A stretch of 63,484 nt of DNA, counting the filler, from Saprolegnia diclina VS20 (lineage: Eukaryota), in assembly GCF_000281045.1 (NCBI RefSeq). It is 5 parts of 2 records of this genome, joined end to end, with 100 filler letters (N's around TTAATTAATTAA, not from the genome) between each part and the next. Parts side by side here need not be neighbours in the genome. Positions count along the whole stretch, not along the records: positions 42,707 to 58,357 come from NW_008246076.1; positions 58,458 to 61,599 come from NW_008246076.1; positions 61,700 to 63,484 come from NW_008246077.1; 2 more parts are not named here. The stretch is one strand, 5' to 3'. Positions 57,868 through 63,484 of this stretch are shown here, piece by piece. The notes under the pieces are model-generated. The model searched no databases. It saw nothing but the letters and a program-made list of their open reading frames with translations, and was not told where the DNA came from. A program made the translations under genes and the position numbers. How positions within the stretch are numbered: the first letter of the stretch is position 1; every line of letters begins with the position of its first letter.

Positions 57868-58270
57868 GATGTCGGCAACGATACGCGAACCGGTTCATCG
57901 TTCACTCCTCTCAAAGGCTGAGCACGGAAGCAATCATGAAGCTACAGTCGTTGGTGCGGCGGCGACTGGGCATGATCCAAGCACATTCGCACCTCCGTCG
58001 AGTCTTATTTTCGTACCTGGGAAACCCTGCAGACAAAGCACTTGCCAACAAACGTCCCGATACAGTTCTCGCAGGCAACACACAGCAGCCAAATGAGCTC
58101 CTCGTTCATACATGTGACGATCTTGGCGCTCGTATGTGCAGCGTTGTCGAGCAGCGTAGCAAGAAAAAGCCACCCAACCACGTACCAACTCCAATGACCA
58201 AACACTTGGCCACAACGCCTACGACGGCCGCGCAGTTGCCCCTTTTAGCAAACGCTAAGCAACGTGATGT
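57868..58270 (+). repeat. ~400-bp direct repeat, copy 2
   Basis: Colinear with 56134-56523. Confidence 0.92.
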
Positions 58271-58357
58271 ATTGTGATAATCAGCATTTTTGTCGCCCCG
58301 AAATGGGGTCTAATTCGTTGACGTTGTTTTCTACCGGATGCTGCCGGACGAATAATT

Positions 58358-58457
58358 NNNNNNNNNNNNNNNNNNNNNNNNNNNNNNNNNNNNNNNNNNN
58401 NTTAATTAATTAANNNNNNNNNNNNNNNNNNNNNNNNNNNNNNNNNNNNNNNNNNNN
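58358..58457. other. Artificial scaffold-joining spacer
   Basis: 44N-TTAATTAATTAA-44N. Confidence 0.98.
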
Positions 58458-59178
58458 CGCCCGAGACAGTCGCGCTTGGACATTGTGGGTTGTGGCAAAC
58501 TGGACACTGCGATTCGAAAGACTACGGGTACTGTAGTACTTCACAAAGTATAAACACACGCCAAAGTATCACTTTCAGGCGAAATGGCGTCATCGTCTTG
58601 ACGCATTTCAAAAATAACCAATGCCGCCATTGGCCTATTCTCAGAAAGATCGCTGCTCAAGTTAGAATTCGCGATTGGCTCCGGTGCCATGGTTTGCTCC
58701 GATATGGAAAATTCTTTCGCCGAAGCCCGAAAACGCAGGTGCTGCCAACACCTCGCGGACCTATCCGATGAGACCAGGGAGATAGCTTCTTTAGTTAGTT
58801 GACAGTTTTGAAAAAATCGTGCATTTCGATTCGTGACACTTATTTTCCAGGGGCAAATCCTTGGCGCTTGGAGCTGCGAGAAAAGTTCCTATTCGATTTT
58901 CATATATTTTCCCGTGACGATACGTTTGCATCACGAGCGAAGATGCGCTAGCTTTTTCTTGTATCCGTCAGTCTAAAGTCGCTATCCTGCATGGCGACAG
59001 AAGGCCCAAAATTCGGAGCTCAGATCCATTCCCGGATTTTCCATGACTACTGCATGTCAACCACCTCCCAAATGCCTCATACTTCCAGGAAATAGCAAAT
59101 TTGGTGTAGGTTAATCTCCTGCACCCCCGATCACGATACAAAGTCGAATCAAACCAAGAATCAATCATATCGCTCGCG

Positions 59179-60741
59179 CTAAATGCTATGCCAAAGCGAC
59201 GACGTCTGCGGCGGTGACATGAAGACACCGGGCCGGACTTGCCAAAGCTCATGCCACTGCGCAAGGCTGAGCATGTCGTAGGTGAAGCGGCCCGTCTCGA
59301 CATGCAATGCGACGTTGCGGCAGGCACTCAGTGCACTCAGAAGCAGCGTCAAGGAAGCGAGGCCAAGTCTGTTCAAAGTCAAATTGATCGTCAGCGGCCG
59401 TCGGTTCTTGCCCGAGGCCAGCGCGACAGCAAACAGCACAACGTCGTCATCACAGAAACCCGTGCCCGAGAGCACCAGTGTCTGTAGCCCGCGCGCCATC
59501 CACGCCGGCAGCGCCCGCGCCAGCTCGACAAATCCAGCCTCCTCGAGCTCGGTATGGCTCAAGTCGACAACCCGCAGGCAGCGCGACGTCGAGAGCTGCA
59601 GGATCACCAGGACGATGTCACTGGCCGTCTTGAACACCGTCCGACGCAGGATGGCAGACGTCAGCTGTGGCCAGACGCCCACCGTCGTGACAGCCGAAAT
59701 GCGTGCGTTGACCAGGCGAACGGACGCGAGAGCCGGGTAGACTGCGAGCGTGTTGAGGACATTCGCGATGGTCAGCTCGTCGTCGCTGTCACAGTCACTG
59801 TCATCGCTGTCACGATCGCCTTGTTTGGCAAGCTCGAGGGAGAACGAGAGGACATTGGTTGAATCCAGTTTTTGGAGCAGGCGTAGGGCAGGCCTGCCGT
59901 CGCCATACCTGTCGTGCACGGCGAGCGACGTCATGTGATGCAAGTCGTGCGGCAAGGCGACCAACGCGCGTTGAACATCGGTCGCGTCCACAAAGCGCAA
60001 GGACGTCAGCGTAATTGACGCTTGGATCGCGCGCGCCAGCGCCGTCGGGTCACGCACTGCGTCGCATGCGAGCGTCAAGGACGTCGCCGTTGGCCCCTGC
60101 AGCCAGGCGACGATGGCCGACACCTCTTCCAGCTCCTCGCCGAAGACTAGCACCTCGAGCGTACGCAACCGTGTGGTCGGAATCGCGGCCAAGTACGTAG
60201 CCGTCCTTTCTGGCTCGGCCCGGTTCTTGATGGTCACCGATTCGACGTTGACGCAGCGTGCGAGGACGTCGGGGATCGGGTCGAGCTGGACGTGGCGGCC
60301 CTTGACAATGACGTCGACGACGTGGCTGCCCCAGGCGTGCGCAAAAGCACAAACGGCGCCGGGAACCTTGGGGTCGACGTAGAGTGACACAGGCATGTGG
60401 GGCGGCAGCGTCGCGTCCAGCCAGGCGAGCGCCGCAAAACCCGGATCGACGTAGATGCCCTTGAACGCTGGCAGCGCGGCGATGGCCAAGCGAGCATGCT
60501 GGACCGGGATCTTCGTCACATGCACGAGCGGCCAGTGGTCGGCGAGGGCGACCGCGGCGCCGAGGTCGCGGAGCGCGAGGAGCTCGGGTGGCAGCGTTGA
60601 CGGCCGCAGCGCGTGGAGCAGAGCGAGGACATCCCATGACTGCTCCAGCATGCGGAGGATGTTGTGGAGGGCGGCGCCGGGCAGGCTCGGCGAGCTCGTC
60701 GCGGGCTTGCGGATGCGCTTGGTTGCACTTTGCAGTTCCAT
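59179..60741 (-). CDS. Intronless RNI-like leucine-rich-repeat protein (520 aa) with possible degenerate F-box-like N-terminus
   Basis: LRR units such as LRVVDLSHTELEEAGFVELARAL, LQTLVLSGTGFCDDDVVLFAVAL and LTINLTLNRLG. N-terminal SLPGAALHNILRML. Confidence 0.75.
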   Translation of the reverse strand: MELQSATKRIRKPATSSPSLPGAALHNILRMLEQSWDVLALLHALRPSTLPPELLALRDLGAAVALADHWPLVHVTKIPVQHARLAIAALPAFKGIYVDPGFAALAWLDATLPPHMPVSLYVDPKVPGAVCAFAHAWGSHVVDVIVKGRHVQLDPIPDVLARCVNVESVTIKNRAEPERTATYLAAIPTTRLRTLEVLVFGEELEEVSAIVAWLQGPTATSLTLACDAVRDPTALARAIQASITLTSLRFVDATDVQRALVALPHDLHHMTSLAVHDRYGDGRPALRLLQKLDSTNVLSFSLELAKQGDRDSDDSDCDSDDELTIANVLNTLAVYPALASVRLVNARISAVTTVGVWPQLTSAILRRTVFKTASDIVLVILQLSTSRCLRVVDLSHTELEEAGFVELARALPAWMARGLQTLVLSGTGFCDDDVVLFAVALASGKNRRPLTINLTLNRLGLASLTLLLSALSACRNVALHVETGRFTYDMLSLAQWHELWQVRPGVFMSPPQTSSLWHSI

Positions 60742-61152
60742 CTATGGGGTCTCGTGGCACGACCTCTAAGATCGGATACCGCCCAGTCGCCTCACCCTTG
60801 CAAATATGATCCGAATGCTAACCGGATGTTTTTGCGTCAATGACGTGGCGCGAGCAGATGCAAGAACCGGACTGCCAACGTCCAACGTCATTGAACATAC
60901 CATCAATCTCGATCGATGTAGAGATTAGCGATTTCCTTCTTCTTCCTTTTGAGACTGGGGTTGCAAGCATTTCGAAAGTACTACGTGTACGGTTGCTCGT
61001 AAGGTGTCCACAGCATACCACAACGTATGCACATGCCTCGTCCCATCCACCCGCACAAGCCAAACTCAGTTTGTCACGACATCACATTACACAGTACAAA
61101 GCGCTAGTCGTATCCTAGCATCGGGACACCTTCGCCTTGTCGTCCATCACCC

Positions 61153-61599
61153 TTACTTGTGGAAGAAGGTAAACTTGGCGATCAGAAGCAGCGCGAGGCC
61201 CACGGGCACAAAGATGCCGAGGAGGTACGTGCTCGAGGGCGCCACTTCGCAGCCGTCGCCGCCCGCGAGCAAGAGGCAGTTGGTGCTCTCGTACATGGAG
61301 CTGAGACTGCCCGTGACGGCCACGCAGAGCGTCGTGAAGAACGAGAAAAAGATGAACGCGGCGACCCGCGGCTGGCTGCCGCCGTTCTTCTTGAGCTCGG
61401 CGACCGCCGCCTTCTGGCTCGGCAGCAAGACCACTGCCAAACACCCGGTCGCGATGGACGCGTATTGAATGTAGTACGAGTACGCGACCGCGTCGCGCGT
61501 GACCTGCGCGTCTTCCTTGATGAGCGCCTTGCTGAACGCGAGCTGCGCGCAAATGACGTTGGAGACGAGCGTGCCAAAGGTGTTGGGGAGGTTCGAGAT
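61153..61599 (-). CDS. Folate-biopterin transporter (BT1/FBT)-like membrane protein, C-terminal fragment
   Basis: ISNLPNTFGTLVS...VVLLPSQKAAVAELKKNGGS...TM...STNCLLLAGGDGC pattern, as recalled from oomycete FBT-family proteins. Confidence 0.65.
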   Translation of the reverse strand: MSNLPNTFGTLVSNVICAQLAFSKALIKEDAQVTRDAVAYSYYIQYASIATGCLAVVLLPSQKAAVAELKKNGGSQPRVAAFIFFSFFTTLCVAVTGSLSSMYESTNCLLLAGGDGCEVAPSSTYLLGIFVPVGLALLLIAKFTFFHK

Positions 61600-61699
61600 N
61601 NNNNNNNNNNNNNNNNNNNNNNNNNNNNNNNNNNNNNNNNNNNTTAATTAATTAANNNNNNNNNNNNNNNNNNNNNNNNNNNNNNNNNNNNNNNNNNNN
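61600..61699. other. Artificial scaffold-joining spacer
   Basis: 44N-TTAATTAATTAA-44N. Confidence 0.98.
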
Positions 61700-63484
61700 G
61701 GGCATAGGAGTGGTGTTGTTGTGGCTTGAGGGCAGTAAAAGCCACGGGGACAAATGTTGCCGGTTGTACCATCCACAGGGCGAGGCGTCGAGGCAGCGAG
61801 AGAGCAATAGTACCCAGCATCACACACTCCCGACGGCGCAGTGAGTCCTGTGGCATTGGTGAATGTGCCACCAGGCGACGGAGAGCAGTCGTTCACGGAT
61901 TCGCCCTGCAACGTCGGGCGGTATGTACCGATGGGGCATTTGGTGCCCGTGGCCGATCCCACTGGACAGTAGTTACCGGGAGGACAAAGCGACCCGAACG
62001 TTTGGTTGATGGGGTTGGCGATCGGGGAGCCTAGTCAAGGTGAGTCATATAAAATAGTTACGTGACAAACCTCCAGTACAGACGTAACCCGAAGCACACA
62101 AGCCCGTCGGCTGCGTCAGGCCCGTGGCGTTGCAGAAAGCGCCCGGGGAGCAAAGAGCGCACTGCGAGCTGCTCGTCAAGTTGACCACATTGCTGTACGT
62201 GGCGACGGGACATGGTTGTGGCAGGGATGTGTTGGTGGGGCAAAAGCTGCCGGCGGGGCAGCCGATCGGCACGGACGTATTTTGGGGGCAAAAGAATCCT
62301 GTGGGACATCCGAGGCAGCTCCCAGCGCCGAGAAGGGGGCTATAGGTGCCGGGGGCGCAGCCAACTGGGAAAGCTGAACCCATGGGGCAGTAGTTTCCTG
62401 GTGGACATGCAAAGCCCGTGACACCATCGGTGGGGTTGGGCACCGACGACCCGTCCAAACACACCTAGGACGGATGAGTATCGCTAACATGCGTCGTCAT
62501 GGAGCGTGCGTCATACATAGCCAGGACTGCAGAGACCCCCCGTCGTATCGTTGGGTCGCGGACTAATAGCACGCTTGCTGCAGTAGTATGATGGCGCACA
62601 GAGCCCAGACGGTACATCTACTCGTCAAACGTCAGTCTTGCTGAACTCCACTCAATGCATTCACTTGTCGGGGCTTGGCCATTGCAATATCGGCCCGGCG
62701 GACAGTCGTCGCACTGCGCCGCCGACGGCAGCTGCGTTTGGTTGCTCATTGAGCCCGCAGGACACGCAAACTGCGTCGCGTACTTCGTTTGGCTGGGGCA
62801 AAAGTACCCCGCCGGGCACGGCAATGGTACTGACACGTTGCTGAGGCAGTAGAACTGAGGAGGACACGGCGTGCAAGCGCTCTGGCCCGTGTTGTTGGCA
62901 AACGTCCCTGCGGCACACGGTTGTGGCACGATCGACCCAAGCGGACATGCAAAACCCAGTGGACACGAGTGCTCCGCGCCGGTGACTTGCCCTCCGGGGC
63001 AGTACGAGCCGGCCGGACACAAGGTCGTCGAACTGACGAGGCCAGTCGTGGGGCAGATGAAGCCGGGGTCGCAAATCGAGCAGGACGACACATTGGGGAG
63101 CTGCGGTGAGGCGCCATACGTGCCGGCGGGGCATGGGCTGGGGTTGCTCGAGCCTTGAGGGCAATACGAGCCTTGTGGGCACTGGTTACCGATAACCCCA
63201 AATACATTAGTCTGTCCCGTCGGCGTCGGCGTGTACGAGCCCTAATCGAGCATGAACATCAAGCAAATTAGGTCTCGACATGCCTGAAGGCAGTAAAAGC
63301 CAGCTGTACAAGGCAACGTGGTAGCAATGTCGGGGCAGTAGTATCCTGCTTTGCATGGCGTCGGCTGGGACGAACCCGCCAGGCACGTGGCACCGAGTGG
63401 GCACTGGCCACCGAGTGGCCCCGTTTCGGGGGTTGCGTTCACCGCGCCACCCGTACAATAGTATCCACTCGAGCAGTTGGCAAC
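61700..63484 (-). CDS. Large Cys-rich protein with GCC2/GCC3 (ephrin-receptor-like) repeats; internal fragment, multi-exon
   Basis: Reiterated CPxGxYCPxGSxxPxxCxxGTY/F and CxxCxPGxFCxxTGL units separated by short introns. Open at both ends. Confidence 0.88.

Noticed and set aside
1..63484. CRISPR arrays, rRNA, intact tRNAs, prokaryotic defence operons, intact retroelements
   Set aside because: No regularly spaced repeat-spacer array, rRNA signature, RT/integrase motif or operon structure was seen; the sequence is intron-rich eukaryotic DNA.

Overview
Eukaryotic genomic DNA from an oomycete, most likely Saprolegniales such as Saprolegnia. This is inferred from very short 35-60 nt GT-AG introns, Inr/FPR core promoters of the GCTCAYTYYNCAWTT type, and oomycete-typical gene families. 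The window is not one molecule: four artificial 100-bp spacers (44N-TTAATTAATTAA-44N) join five scaffold pieces (1-19498, 19599-42606, 42707-58357, 58458-61599, 61700-63484), and there are five internal N gaps. About 24 intron-containing or partial genes are supported. They include a BED-finger/hAT-derived gene, membrane-anchored C1A and A1 proteases, a class XXXI-type myosin, a Sen1/senataxin helicase, two DUF1640/CCDC90 paralogs, RPL18, SIN1, a HAD phosphatase, four paralogs of an uncharacterised multi-pass membrane family, a DUF1399 protein, an S33 peptidase, RNase T2, PX-TM phospholipase D, purple acid phosphatase, an LRR protein, an FBT transporter and Cys-rich surface proteins. The most interesting observations are: (1) a TFIIS N-terminal (TND/LW) domain inserted inside the Sen1 helicase core; (2) ~500-bp inverted repeats bracketing 18 kb that begins with the hAT-derived gene, next to a palindrome and a stray Sen1 fragment; (3) a rod-like RNA structure filling RPL18 intron 2; (4) the orphan receptor-like membrane family undergoing birth and death. 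All calls were made by eye without database searches, so novelty is unverified.
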